Shown piece by piece: positions 37,101-50,800 of a stretch of 64,000 nt of DNA (the first letter of the stretch is position 1; every line of letters starts with the position of its first letter). The stretch covers positions 1,364,001 through 1,428,000 of the forward strand of contig NW_025767179.1 in NCBI RefSeq assembly GCF_003918875.1, in the 5' to 3' direction. The position numbers and the translations under genes are program-made. This stretch comes from Haliotis rubra (lineage: Eukaryota). Under the pieces are notes generated by a model. It searched no databases. It saw nothing but the letters and a program-made list of their open reading frames with translations, and was not told where the DNA came from.

Positions 37101-40100
37101 CTAATAAGATGTGACATTGAAAATACCTTTAGGTTGGTAGTCTTTTTGTGGAACAAACTCAACGACTGTGGGGTGTTGGTGGTGATCAATTTCTTGAACG
37201 GGGTATTCACGGTACCAGCACGAAGCATCACGAAAATCGAAATCGACTAAAAGATAGCTGCGTTTGCTTCGTTCCAACATGCAGTCAGATAAGCCATGAA
37301 CATCATGTACTTTCTTTCCGTGATCTACGTTACGGTGTACCCTCATTACATTCGGACGACGACCTGTGATGGCAAACATAATAGTGTCATTGATATTGTC
37401 ATACAAAACAATTTGAAGTTGTGTCGAGATCAAGCTTCGTGAACCATTGGCCAAGACGTACCGCGATGTGTTACCTCGATTTGCCAGCATTTTGTGCCTT
37501 GGGATATTCTTTTATCTGATATTCTTAGGTATTGCATCAATTTGTACAAAACAGAATCAAGAATTTTCTTGATTACACCCACAAAGCCCTGCCTACGTTC
37601 ACAAAGCCCTGCCTACACACACACAAAGCCCTGCCTACGCCCACAAAGCCCTGCCTACACCCACAAAGCCCTTCCTACACCCACAAAGCCCGGCCTACAC
37701 CCACAAAGCTCTGCCTACAACCACAAAGCCCGGCCTACACCCATTGATAACCGGAATTTTGGTATGAAAAATATTGCCACAATCATCGTTATATTATGTA
37801 TTCATTAGAAATGAACCTATATATCAGCGGAGTTGTTTTCAGGTTAAGGTAAAATTTTAAATAGGTAGAGCATTATTGTTATTACACTAGTACTACTTGT
37901 ACCACAGATATTGTGTAAATGGACTATGTGAATACAATGGTGGAATATAAAGGTGATCATGTAAATATTGTCACAAATTACTGATACCCGGCATTCGTTT
38001 TCTGTGGAATTCAGGTTACAGAATATGCAAGTAATTCTGTTATCATTAGTGATGAAAACCTGCTTATTGCCATATCTTTCCATATGAACGAAAAGGCCAT
38101 TCCTGGTCAAAATACATATAAGGGACATAATCTTACATGAACATATTGCATGTTGGTACAATTTGTATAACCATAACGCACGTTATTGATTTCAAATATG
38201 ACGTAAGAATAGAAACGTATTGGTCAGGTACTTAATCAATCTGCTTGTACGATGTACTGATGAGTAAGGTGATGTTTAAAAAAAACAAACCCGAGAAACG
38301 TCTTATATGGAAAATAAAATGAATTTCATCAACGAAATGTTGACACCACTCTTTATTTACGGGTGTTTAATATATTTGTATATGACAATTAACAGCTAAT
38401 ACCTTCATTCTATCTCATTGTAGGCTGTTATGGTTAATGTCACATATAGGTGTCAAGGTATCACAATGCCCTGCATCAAGACGTTATAATTATTCCGATA
38501 CCTTTACAGTTGGGATCTTTGCGAATAACGTTGGTCCCTTTCCCCTGTTCATATCTGCTGTGTCTGTGAATGGAGCAGATGTTGTCTTTCCACGTTGCTG
38601 TTTCACACGATGTTACGATTCTGCACAGTTCCTGACACTCAGAAAAGGTGATGTTGCCAAATAATTTCTCTCCGTCTTCCATCGTCCCTTCTGTCACTGA
38701 CATGCAGTGTGACTCTGCAACAATGTGAACGGAAATGGGTATGCGGAAGGAGCTTGAAATTTACACTCAATAGGACTAGTTTAATAACACTCAAATGTCT
38801 AATTTACATGCGTTCCACACTTGCTCAGTTTACCAAGGTCACATTTGATGACTGGATATTGGAACTGCACACACTATGTTACAAAAACAAAATAAATGCG
38901 TACTTCACTCATTGTGTTCTATCCTATCTATCACATATTCTTCAAGTGAGTCGCCACATCCAAACCTCACAACATCAGCGATATTAACCCACTCAGACAC
39001 ATTTTAGCTTTGTCAAAATAGATCCCATGACAGCAAAAACATTGTGATCCCAAAATAACGTTTGATATTACGCCTGATCAATTTCCAAACGACATTGTGT
39101 GTCCATAGATTTTGGGGGCGGTGGGGTAGCCTAGTGGTTAAAGCGTTGGCTCGTCACGCCGACGACCCGGGTTCGAATCCCCACATGGGTACAATGTGTG
39201 AAGCCCATTTCTGGTGTCCCCCGCCGTGATGTTGCTGGAATATTGCTAAAAGCAGCGTAAAACCAACCTCAGTCAGTCAGTCATAGATTTCGGCCATGGT
39301 AGCCAAGCAAATTTACACACGTAAAAGAGAGCTGCACAAAGTACGAGATATAGACTGCTGTAGCTCGTTGACGTCCATGTTGTGGACGTTGTGGTGGCTG
39401 AGTGAGTTCGATCGCTGACTTTGTGTGCTAGTCATTATGTGCCTAACTCCGAGACTGACTAAACCCAAAACAACTAGAATTTGTATTTCACGTAGAAAGT
39501 GTAATACCAAATATAACACGTTACTTCAGAAATTCAGTTGGATTTTCTTTCTTACCTGTAACTGTTTCACACCGTTGGAAAGAAAATTTGATGAGTTGAG
39601 TGGCTTTGCCCCTATAACTAGGGTTTTGAGAGCAAACACGCGTCTTGAAATCCCAATAAAATGCCTTCGTTTGAGAATTTGTGAACCCGTAATGAACACA
39701 CTCCAGTACATTCCCAAAAGTTTGTCCGGCGCCTATCCCCACTCTTGCGTTATTGGCAGACACACACTGTGAGGCTGAAATATACATCAAAATGTTTCCT
39801 TATTAATAAACAGATCATGTAAGGATTCCTTGCTTTGAGCAGCCTCCTAAAATGTTTAAAATCATTATGGTTGCATGTATACCAAAAATAGGCCAAATGA
39901 GAAGAGTGGAGCCCATTGAATGGTTTTCAAAGTGAGTTACTGCGTGATGTAGTTATGTCATGGAATAATGCACGATCTGAAACGGGGAGAAACGGAATTG
40001 ACAGAAGTTAATTCTGACCTAGCCACCTGTCATCCAAAGTCTGGCTGCTCTACCTAAAGTTTATAGACAAAGTTGTTCCTATCACATGTAAACATCACTA

Positions 40101-42300
40101 CATAAAATGTTTGACCAAAGAACATGGTGTAAGGCTTGCATGTTAACTGAAGAAAACGATCTTCAGTCCTATCACCTGTTGCCTGAAACATGAAGGCATG
40201 TTCATTCCTCTTTTGAAATGGAGGATACCAAATCACTCGTGAACGATTAACAAAAATCCATAACCCTATCATAGTCGGACTCTCTTTATATTCTCAGAAA
40301 GTATTTGAAGCAAATGGATGTAACACCATTCTCAACAACTCAAAGGATTTCCTTCATGTTTTACAATTTTAATCCAGTTCCGACAAAACACATGACAAGT
40401 TTACGGACAAACTTAATTTCTTCATCCATTGGACAATCGTTGAAAAATAAAAGCAAATATCATCTGGACTAGACTTAGAAAACAATATGTGAAATTCGTG
40501 ACTTCCTCATTGATAATATCAGCGTACAATTTGGGGTAAACATTTAGACAAGAAGGCACCAATATAATTGTGCTCCCCTTCTTTCGGATTTTTTCTTGTT
40601 GCATATGAGTCAGAATTTCAGCTCGGGTAGGTAAAATGTGTCCACGTTGGTTAATTAAGCTTCAGGTATGCATGTGTCGATAAGCTGTTAATATATAAAT
40701 AATATAGCCAAATCCCGTGCACTGGCTGATTTACCGTCCTGCAATTGAAATGAAGGAGACCAATGAGAACACTTTCATATTTAGATCTATACACAAAGAT
40801 TCAGCGTGACCAAACTCAGCTCTCCATAAATCTGTAAGACGAGGGATGACTTCAACTTTCCAACAGTCACTTATGTCGCGCAATATCCCAACTGTCTCAG
40901 CCTTTAGTGTGCACATATAAAAACTTTTGAGGTACAGTCGCGAGCATACTCTTATGATCAGGAATTGAATGAGCGTCATGTGACACTTACTCAGGAAATG
41001 TTTGATCAGGCGTACAGCATTCAAGGTCTCAGTAAAGCTTTCAAACGTTTTCTGGTAGAAACATGGAGGACATTTCCAAATTTGAGGCATCAGTGACAAA
41101 CACTGCAATTCCCTATTGTTATGTGTACCTTAAGTTCCCGTGCACTGCTCAGGTTACAATCTGACTTGCCTCTGCGTTTGTCTCTGACGGGTGCCACCTG
41201 TATGGCAGGATACGCTCACCTCATCGCGAACATCTGGTACCATTATTTTAATGTCAGTGATTCATAAACATGTGCTCATTACATAGTCGGAATTGTACTA
41301 CAGACTCTCATGAACCAAGGTTAACTGCAAAAGCGTTAACAAATTCACAACCAGCAGCCAAACACCAAGAGACAGAGCCTTTCAGTGTTAAGCACAATGA
41401 GACAACCTTTCCATTCAGAGTAAGCCCCCTTCCCCAAAATCTGGAAGGCCTACATTCTTTCAAATCTGGAAGGTCTTACATTGTTGATTGAAGCAAGGGA
41501 GTAATATCATTATATTGCTGTCTACTGAGAACACGTCTGTGTGAAGCGTTGTACTTTATAAGAACAATAGTAATACCATACAGCCTGATTAAAATGCATA
41601 AATGCACATAAAGAAGCCCCTAATGGAATCGACCAGATAAAACAATGCCTAGGGAAATATTATAAATGTAAAAAAAATGTGTCTGGTGAAGTTAAGGAAT
41701 ATGGCCTTACTAACAGACTATTGTAGAACGCAGTGCAAACCTGAGTTAACTATTTACCAAATACTTACTGAAACACCGCGAAATCGCGTAACGGCCTTGG
41801 TTTACTAAACCAAGTGGAAATGTTGCATAGATAAGAGTTTCAAACAAAAAAACCCCAGATAATCTATTAACAACTTATGAATTATCTACACTCTCTTTAT
41901 TTCTTTCGACGAACATTATCAAGAATCAGGCAGTGAAGATGTGCAGTGAGGCTGAGATAAGGATGACAATGAATTTCCATCTCTATTCATTTATCACTTA
42001 GTTCTCGCATATGGCTTGTAATTTACTATATAATATAGATCAAGTACACTGCCATCTGCGTATTTCCCTCTCTTGGAACACGAATTCTGTTAACATTAAT
42101 GCTACTGACGCAAGATATAACGTGTACGTTTTTCACATTCGTGCCAAGTAAACCATGAACTGTCTGGTCTTTTCCTAAGTTACACAAAACTATTGTATAT
42201 GCCAGTAAATTCACGTAACAACGAAATTGCTAAATATTTACTACTTTATGTACTTACATGTCTGACTTGGATACAAAAGAATTAAAAAGACAATCCTCAT
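34129..42300 (-). CDS. Putative secreted multi-module Cys-rich (PAN/apple-like) protein, paralog B, 6 exons, ~390 aa, intact
   Basis: Exons 42300-42258 (MRIVFLILLYPSQT), 39774-39556, 38714-38502, 37363-37127, 35882-35640 and 34355-34129. All junctions are phase 1 with GT-AG sites and the frame is open throughout. Motifs: SECQELCRIVTSCETATWKDNIC, ESCRTLCSGVSNCIGYSY..KCFIH, ACAVACSHREACRGFTF..LC. Confidence 0.82.
34844..35005 (-). mobile_element. tRNA-derived SINE family 1, full-length with TSD
   Basis: Near-consensus copy flanked by gttatacttcaa at 34832-34843 and 35006-35017. Confidence 0.92.
36205..36427 (-). mobile_element. SINE-like family 2 copy
   Basis: Reverse complement begins atccgtgaagatccgagttagaattggtcttcagcaacccatgcatgtcgtaagaggcgactaa. 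Confidence 0.8.
37576..37743. repeat. 20-bp tandem repeat (~8 copies), CCACAAAGCCCTGCCTACAC
   Basis: Direct repetition with period 20 in the intron between exons 3 and 4 of paralog B. Confidence 0.92.
39114..39281 (+). mobile_element. tRNA-derived SINE family 1, full-length with TSD
   Basis: ggggcggtggggtagcctagtggttaaagcg (A box) ... gggttcgaatccc (B box) ... (cagt)n tail; flanking direct repeat catagattt. Confidence 0.92.
40150..41250 (+). mobile_element. Highly degenerate Penelope-like reverse transcriptase remnant
   Basis: Broken motifs resembling NCAPLLADLFL (aattgtgctccccttctttcggatttttt) and RDDFNF..SNIP (cgagggatgacttcaacttt...aatatccca). Terminal block gacgggtgccacctgt..gcagga..cgctcacc, with a short relative near 12360-12415. 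Confidence 0.55.
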
Positions 42301-42813
42301 TCTTGGGCGCTGTGAAGATTCCCCTGCTGTGCTGAATGTACATTTGATCAGGCACTGAAGTCATATACAGCTAGAAGCTTGTACATAGTATAGCCATAAC
42401 AATTGGAAGCTCACCTTATTAACACATATGGAGATATATTAGTGTAAGGCCCATATACACCGGAAAACATTACATTGTCAAGGAACTTTTACAAGGTATT
42501 ACACTAAATAGAACATAATGTGGCTGAAGCCTTCTTTCATTAAGCTAGCAAGAGTACTTGTTCATTGTACCTCCCAGCCTGTAAATGTGATGTTAAATAT
42601 GGTGTAATGCTAGGAAATGCTGCAGCCGTTGATCTGACTTATATGAAACTTGAAAGTTCAAGGTCAACATAAGATATCCTGCCAATGCACTTGTTTTAAA
42701 CATATTTTATTTTCCAACAAGACATAGGGTTTAGACGCAGATGCGCCAGTTAAACATAATACTTTATAATGGGAATGAACAATTTACAATGGAGGCTTTT
42801 CATTGTGGAAACG

Positions 42814-43203
42814 TTATTGATCATCCAAAACTGTGTTCCACAGGAGATATCGCTTGTGTGAGATCAAACGATATCTCCTAGGAGATATCGTTTTGACAGT
42901 AGATTTTGTACAATGCCCTGACAATGCTATGACGTCATGTACTTGATGACGTCACAATGCTATGACATCGCTGCACTGCAAGTCTAATGGCAGTACCATG
43001 TTCAGAGATGTACATTTTTCATTGAAAATTAATTCAGAGTGATTTTGGATGATAAATAGAATCTCACCCTCGTGTCTTCTGATATCAAATATATCAACAC
43101 TCATTGATAAAAGTAAAAATATCCTCGGCAAGCCTCGGATATTTGTAACTTTATCAACTCGTGTTGATATAATTGATATCAGAAGACACTTGGGTGAGAT
43201 TCT
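42814..43203. mobile_element. Non-coding element with nested inverted repeats and a ~146-bp terminal hairpin
   Basis: tattgatcatccaaaa pairs with ttttggatgataaata. Hairpin 43058-43203: agaatctcaccc..gtgtcttctgatatcaa.tatatcaacac ... gtgttgatata.ttgatatcagaagacac..gggtgagattct. Confidence 0.7.
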
Positions 43204-43467
43204 CTCTATATATAAACAGTGTTGATTTACAGAATATGTAAATGTGCTGGAAAGTGAACAAATGTGTGCATGTCATGCATGTGCAAATATTATACAGTTT
43301 ACTTTCGATATATAGCATGATTAAACTATGACTTACATTTTGGAGACAATGATATTATGTTAGCTGCTGAATCTATTTGTTATTTTTACATATTTATGTA
43401 CAGCCAATAATAATGTTTTGTTCAACACATCATTCATTAGGAAAGGGTGCCCTGTATGATGTGCCAG

Positions 43468-43696
43468 AGTGAGTGAGTGAGTTTAGTTTTAAGCCGCACT
43501 TAGCAATAGTCTAGCTATATGGGGTAAATAATCGTGTCTTGACCAGACAATCAACAGCATGAGCATCGATCTACGCAATTGGGATACGATGACATGTGTC
43601 AACCGAGTCACGAGACTGACCGCCCGATCCCGTTTGTCGCCTCTTACGACAAGCATGGGTTACGGAAGATCAATTCCAACCCGGATCTTCACCGGT
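43468..43696 (-). mobile_element. SINE-like family 2 copy
   Basis: Reverse complement begins accggtgaagatccgggttggaattgatcttccgtaacccatgcttgtcgtaagaggcgac; (ACTC)n tail. Confidence 0.85.
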
Positions 43697-44659
43697 TAAT
43701 GTGACAGAGATTAATCAACCACTTATTTTATAGGTTATAATGATAATCGGTTTTAACATCGTCGCAATAATTTGACAATTTGATGATCAAGTGAGTTTCA
43801 CATACTACATTTTATTGTCATGATATCTAGTACACTTTTGTAAATCAGCATAATATATTATATGGAAATGCTGTCACTTAATGATGCTCGGAGAAACAGG
43901 AAACGAGTCAAATGTCAAATGAACATGAATGATGCATTCGGTTAATAGAAAATATGTCCCTGTTGGGGTAATTATGTTCACATAAACGAATCACTCCACT
44001 TCAGAGAACTTTTGTCAAGGATGAAGATAATGTCAAATACAGATGTTGAATTCCTCTGCTGTGCAGCCTGCCCAGAGCATATAGGTGGTAATAGAGGTGT
44101 TCCGTGGTCTACTGTCTCTCATCGTTCATGCTTAGTTAACAAACTTCTTGTGTAAAATATATATACTACTTACACTTTACAAAGGATCACAAAAAATCAC
44201 AACTTTACTTAAACGTAGATTCATAATTTGAAATGTAAAACTGGATATATAATAATATGGTAACCCCTATTTAGGCAAACAGTCACTTTAATCTAACCTT
44301 ATGCACTTGATACATGAGTAACCATAAAAAATGGTTTTCATGGCACCAATCAACCATTTTGTAAATAATGGAACGAGTCATTGACAACACTTGTCAATAG
44401 CAGGTATGGGATCCACAAGATGAAATGACACACTGGAACCTAGGATCCATTCTTACAATAAGCTTAGATATTTAAAATCCAATTTGACCCCACATCATAG
44501 TTTTCTGTTAAATCCATGATTTGATCATTAGCAAAGTGTGAATAGTAGTACTATATATAAGGGTGGTGGAAACCAAAAACAAATTAGAATAACATTATAT
44601 AGGATTTGAAGCGATATCTACAAGGATTTGTTGCTACGTGAATTGAATTTACAGGAGAA

Positions 44660-44732
44660 CAATATGATCAGTAGTATGCCCCGCCGCATTGAAGCCTGCA
44701 TTGCTGCCCATGGTGACTTGACAAACTACTAA
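44660..44732 (+). mobile_element. Tc1 transposase C-terminal fragment
   Basis: Translates ISSMPRRIEACIAAHGDLTNY*, the typical Tc1 SMPRR...A..G..T.Y end. Confidence 0.6.
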
Positions 44733-47568
44733 CTGTTCACCTGTCAATCTTTAAATTCTCAACAATTTTTGGGTTGTACTGTATGTGTGCATTGATGTAC
44801 TATGGGAACATTAAGTATGGTAAATTTTATTTGAATAAGTCAGAGTTTTGTTGAAAGAATTTGTCGTATCTTATCCTTATTTTTACGCTGATAGTTGGAC
44901 AGGTTGAAATTATATGTTTAAGTTGTGGGTGAAAACTCAGGACAAATCCAACACGACTAAGAAGCTACCGAGCAACCAAACATCTACATAAACATATGTT
45001 AAACGCGTTCAGTATCATCTATGTAGATGGAGGTTTGCAACACAGCATACTCGATAGTGCCTTAAATATTATCCTCCCACTTAGTCGTAAAGTCTTATGT
45101 GTTTGCCCTAATGGTATATATTTCCTTTCTTGACCTGGCGCCATCTTATGAAATAATTATGTGTGGATTCGCTTCCATCTTGGCATAACATAAAACATTC
45201 TGATTTGAAAGTGTGTGTAATTTGCTGCTTAATAGATTGAATCACCAAGTCAGAACAAGTTAAAGCCCCGAATACGACAAAAACAAATATCTTCTCTTGA
45301 AGCAAAGCTTGATTGTTTGTACATTAAAACCAGTTATTCAATTGCACATGTTGATTCATTTACAGTTGTGGCTTTGAAAGAAAAGAGAAAAAGAATTTAT
45401 CTTAGTTTGTTTGATGAAAACAGTGCATTACATTGTTTTGCGCCAACCTTAACAGGATACTCCATATTCAAAATTTACATGTAGTAGTTTGGAGTGGCTG
45501 TGCCTCCTTGTCTCATACCCAAACAATGTATAAATATAACGTTCTTTCATCGCTTTAATTCATTTCTATATATGGTCCAAACTCTTAAGATTACCTTTGA
45601 GGGGAACTGTTCAGCATGATTATCGGTAATCGATTAACCCCTCAAAGTAAACCGTGATAATGACGTTATGTACTACCAACCTATTCTTCCCACTGAACGA
45701 CCGTGTTGTGTTCAAACATACACAGGACGTACACTCGCCGATTTGCTGACACATGATGCATTTTTAACGAAGCGTCAATAACAGTCAAGCGTGAACCGAT
45801 GTCTGTGTGGAGTGTCACAACCCCAGAGACAGGTACGTTCAAACTACACCGCTATATATGTGTTGAAAGATGTTTGTAATTACAGTAAAATACATGTTGT
45901 CAGCATCCGTATGTTGTATCTCATTGGCCTCTTATACCTGATAATGTCCACTTTGTTGCTGAGACCATGGAAATGGTGATGCATAATTTGTGACTCACGA
46001 TCCCAGTGATGTGTATGCACATATACGTAGAGTCCCATTACAGCTTTCTGGATACTGAACTGCTGGTATAGATTTCGAGTCTGAAGTTCAAGAAATTCGA
46101 GTTTAATGGAGGCTTAGGCTCACGGGATTCCGGTTGATAATTGGCACCGAGGATCCTGTGCTTGTATCGAAATCGAATGAGGTATCAGGTGATAAAGCTA
46201 TGTCACCAAGCTGAAAGTGTGTTCATCGCTGGTCTTAGTTCATGCGTTCCATCACCCTATTGCCTGGCTCGGATTTCATTGTTTTAAAGTCGAGATGAAT
46301 CAGCTGAACCGTGAATGAACTACCACTGTAAGAGTTTGTTGATAGTGAAATAACCTGATTGGTTACCTGACTGGCGGAGTCTTAGTCAAGTCCATTTTTA
46401 AAACCACTAATGTCTATTATTACTGACAGTGGGCGGGTATGTAGCTTTCATATCTAATGGAATAGTTGATGCGCCGCCACAAAATTTGTGATACACATAT
46501 TTGATTTTCTGTATCACAGTGTCATGTAAAAAGTGTTGTGTTCCCGTATTGCTTAGGTCAACAACTGAAATGCCATTGCATGTGTTTGTGTTACGTGTCA
46601 TCGTTGGGGCAGGACCCTCCCATCTTTTTTGCAAAATATATATGGGTAGTCAGTTGGTCAGTATTGGATTTCATGTTTAAAGGTAATTGAACAGGGCATT
46701 ACACAGTAGTTCACGCAGGTTTACTGTGTTAAGACGAACAAGCGCCGAAATAATATCAATAGTATCGATACAGTTATACAGTTATTTGAGACCCACCCGT
46801 CCGAGCCGTCGCAATTCGCTTTTTAGAAACCTTTGGTCATAAGTGTGAATCCGGGTTCTTTTTGTTCACAGGCTAATCTACACTAGACAAATGCTCACAG
46901 GTTTCCCGGTGTACTGTCTCAGTCCTGTCTCACCCTCTACCTCCATCCGTAATTATAACTGAAAAACAATTCACCGCGACTTCAAACCAATGTTCCTCAC
47001 TACCCCGAATACCTTAGTTTATGTAGCTTTTTACCTCTTACTGCAGCACACGCTCAGAGCTGCAAAGTTAGATCATCACAGGTTGTGTTATCACAAAACT
47101 CGCATATCCACGCATTGTCTTCTTTATTGCTTCAATCCTTGTGAATTATTTATCTGCCATCGATCGTCGAGGACGTGTCGAGGTGGTAGTCAAGGAGGTT
47201 GCTTTTATGACCGCCACTATAAGCCATATCCAACACCGCACTGATACAAGATCCCAATGGGATTGATAGTCTACAAACGGACAAATAGATACGATAGAGT
47301 CACATATGAGTCTTAATTTACGATAGATGTTGATAACAATGGAAACTCTAATCACCTGGGGCTCCTTTCACAAAGCAACTTTACTTAGGTTAACCTTGAC
47401 TCCCATTCTTTAACATTGCACTAAGGTCACCTTAATGCTTTGTAAAAGCAGGCCATGTAGTTCTTTAACTCAATGTTACTTTCAAAGAGTACAGACCCAC
47501 ACGTATATTATAGTAGTATTGGAATTCGTTTGCATTTACATCCTCATTGTAGTTATTGTAACACCATA

Positions 47569-47716
47569 GGCGGTGGGGTAGTATAAAGGTTAAAGCGTCC
47601 GCCCATCACGCTGAAAACCCGGGTTCGATTCCCCACATGGGTGCAATGTGTGAAGCCCATTTCTGTGAAGCGTGATATTGCTGGAATATTGCTAAAGGTG
47701 GCGTAAAACCATATTC
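47569..47716 (+). mobile_element. tRNA-derived SINE family 1 copy
   Basis: Family head and tail present. Confidence 0.78.
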
Positions 47717-47893
47717 AGGTACATGCGCAGCTAGGATTTCTTTCTACAAATGACAATTTTGTCAGTAACGCAAACTGTTACCATGTTGTCTCGTCTAAAC
47801 GTTTTTCTTGGATATTCAAGAAGCAGCACAAGTCTTTCCCGATATGTGACAGGGGATACTGACGAGGTGGAAAGAAAACACCACTCCCGAGAG

Positions 47894-50800
47894 ATGTCAA
47901 CCGTTACATCGCTATGGGCCATGTTGCTAGTCGCGTCCCGAGCAGTTGTAACACAAGATACAGGTGCGTCTATAATGAATTATTAAATGTTTTCCAATAG
48001 TTTCAGTACAATAAACTTCTACACAAAGAAACCTACAGTGCAAATAGAACATGTTCTTTGGTCCGTTAAATGAGCATTGACTATATTCAAACCACATTAC
48101 ATTTTATTCTACCATGTTAAGGTGTACTGGAGTTTTAACTCATCAACTATCTATGTTTGTTTCTTTGTGTTGCCTTGACACAAGTGCCTATTTTCGATGT
48201 ACAACAGTTTCAAATGGACATACATTAATAAACATCAGTATCATTTCAAAACCAAAATGGCATCGATCGGTGGTTTGTGCCGATATCGTTTTTGTCACCA
48301 ATTTTATCACTTGTCTATCTATAGACATAGTTCATTATGATAACTATCATTCATTTTAAATTATCAGTAAATCAGCCACAGTGTGCCATCGAAAATGAAC
48401 TTAATAATAGTCTATTACAAATTGACTTCTCAACAGCGACATCTCTGAACACTATCAATCACTATTAGATAAACGTCATTGAAATAGCAATTGATAAAAA
48501 TTTTGGAGAAATCAAATCCTGAAATTATGTTTTTGACAAGGGGTCATTGCGAGGCATTATTTTGGTGAAGAAGACCATTTCCGTTTCAGATTGTCAGGTA
48601 AAGAACTGTCTCATATGTAGAGACGGAATATGCACTGTCTGCGATCCCGGCCTGTACGGGAGGGATTGTTCTCTTCAATGTCCTGCGAACTGTGCGAAAC
48701 GACTGGTGTGTCCGCACGGCTACTGCAACGGGGGTTGTCGACACGGCTGGTATGGGTCGAGGTGCAACACCCGGTGTCCAGACAGTTGCCCTGTGTGTAA
48801 TGAGCACACTGGCCTTTGTACAAGAACTGACGCACCGCCCACTCAAAAAGGTAAATCCTGTCATAGGAATCTGAGAAGAATCTGGCGTTCTGATACAAAT
48901 ACTGATTACCTTTTATTAACAAGCAGTTGACTATTTTTACCTCTTGTACCTACATCCTTGTACATTATTATTCTTCTCCAAGTCTATCGCTTTAATCAGT
49001 GAAGTGATGCTTGAGATTACATTTCTCAAGATGTGTATCTGTACTTATAGCGGAGGGTTGTTTCAGTAGACAGGACAGACAATGTCCATATTTGATTAGG
49101 AACTTACAATTCTTGTAGTAATCCAATATCTGTGGTGCTGGTGTACAGATGCTCTGCATTAATTCGTAGTATTCTCTTTTGTTACACAACTATTTAATCT
49201 TACGAATCAGGCGATTCCGTATTGCACTATGATTTCCTTACTGAAAGGCTGTGGTTATGGGTGTGATTTTGGAAGAGTGTTCCAAATCAAATGGAAGTTG
49301 TTTTGTGTAAAATGCTATTCTGTCTTGGTTCTGTCGTGATCGGAACCTGGCACTTGGCACGTCATGCGGAGGAATGCGATCTCACGTATATAATATATAT
49401 ACTGAACCGCAAAAGAAACGTCATACAGATAGAGGTGTCTCAAAGCACACACTTTAATTCACTCTAACTAACAATCCAAACGGAGGATTGAGTTCAGACT
49501 TGGCAATTATGGTACATTTAGAGTTCACACAAACAAAATCACTAAAAATGGCACCATTAACATATCCCAAAGTCAGTATCATGTGTGACCTCCATGTGCA
49601 TCGATCAAAGCGTTGCATCGTCTATACATGAAATGAATTAACCGGTTGATGAAATCCATAGGCACTTGGATCCATACTTCTTTGAATCTCGTCCCAAATC
49701 TGTTCTGTTGGACTTAAATCCGGAATGAGTGCAGGTCATTGAAGGGTTTAGATTGCCATGTTGTCTTAGGAAGTCAAATGTGTCTCTGGTTGTGTGGGCA
49801 CAAGCGTTGTCTTGCTGGAAGATGTGATTTCTGTGACGTCTAAAACGTGATACAAAGTGGGGTCTAATGACTTGGTCAATATAGCGAGCAGCTCTCACGT
49901 CATTTCCTCATCCTGGACCGAGATTCTGGAACACCACGGTGACTACTCTCTGGTTCAGACCGATTGCGCCCCACACCATGATGCTTGGACCACCCCACGA
50001 GTCTCTTTCAACAATACACTCATTGGAAAACCGTTCCCCATGCCTTCGCCATACTCTCACTCTGTCGTCGGTTGTCGAAACACAAGGCTTTCATCAGAAA
50101 AAAACACAATTCTCCATTGTGGATAACGCCAATTTCGATGCTGAGTTGCCCACTGCAGTCGGTTTTGCGGTGACGAGCGGTGAGGACAGGACCACGATAT
50201 GGTCTGTGACAGCAAATGTTTCTTTATCGCAAGCGTCGACGCACTGTATCGGCAGTAATGGGTCTGTAGTGGGTCCTAATGGTCTGGCGTGGTGTTTCTG
50301 TCTCTCTGGGCAAACGACCCTGCAGATGGTGGCGTATAATCTGTCGGTCTTGACGTTGTGATGTTGCTTAAGGTCGCCCACTGCGTGGACGGTCTTGGAT
50401 GCTGTTAGTAACCTAATACAGCTCCTGCAGTCGCTAGATTGTCCTAACATGAACATTAAAATGATTGGCTACCCTCCGTGCAATGGTCCCAAGGCTTGGT
50501 TCCTCTGATTACTCATAAGTAGTGGCATGGCGATTGTGTTTAGAGTTTGGAGTTTGGAGGGTTGTCATGATATGCACCTGAATTTTCATTTTCACGAATG
50601 GCATACGGAACCTTTTACCACGTCTGCCTTTTTAGGTACGTTTGGTCGATATGCGTTTTTATCAGAAACCACACTGATGTTGGTGATAACTGTCAATTTG
50701 GATTGAAAAACGTGTTATCAAAACGGTAGAATCATCATAACGACACCACCCTGTGAGAACAAAATTTTGCATTTGGTTTTGAAAGTCGACGTTTCTTTTG

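Noticed and set aside
38255-38305. Hammerhead ribozyme (CTGATGA…GAAAC)
   Set aside because: Core words are present, but stems I-III cannot be formed convincingly.
39114-39190. tRNA gene
   Set aside because: A/B boxes are present, but the sequence continues into a body and tail repeated more than ten times in the window and is flanked by a TSD, so it is a SINE head.
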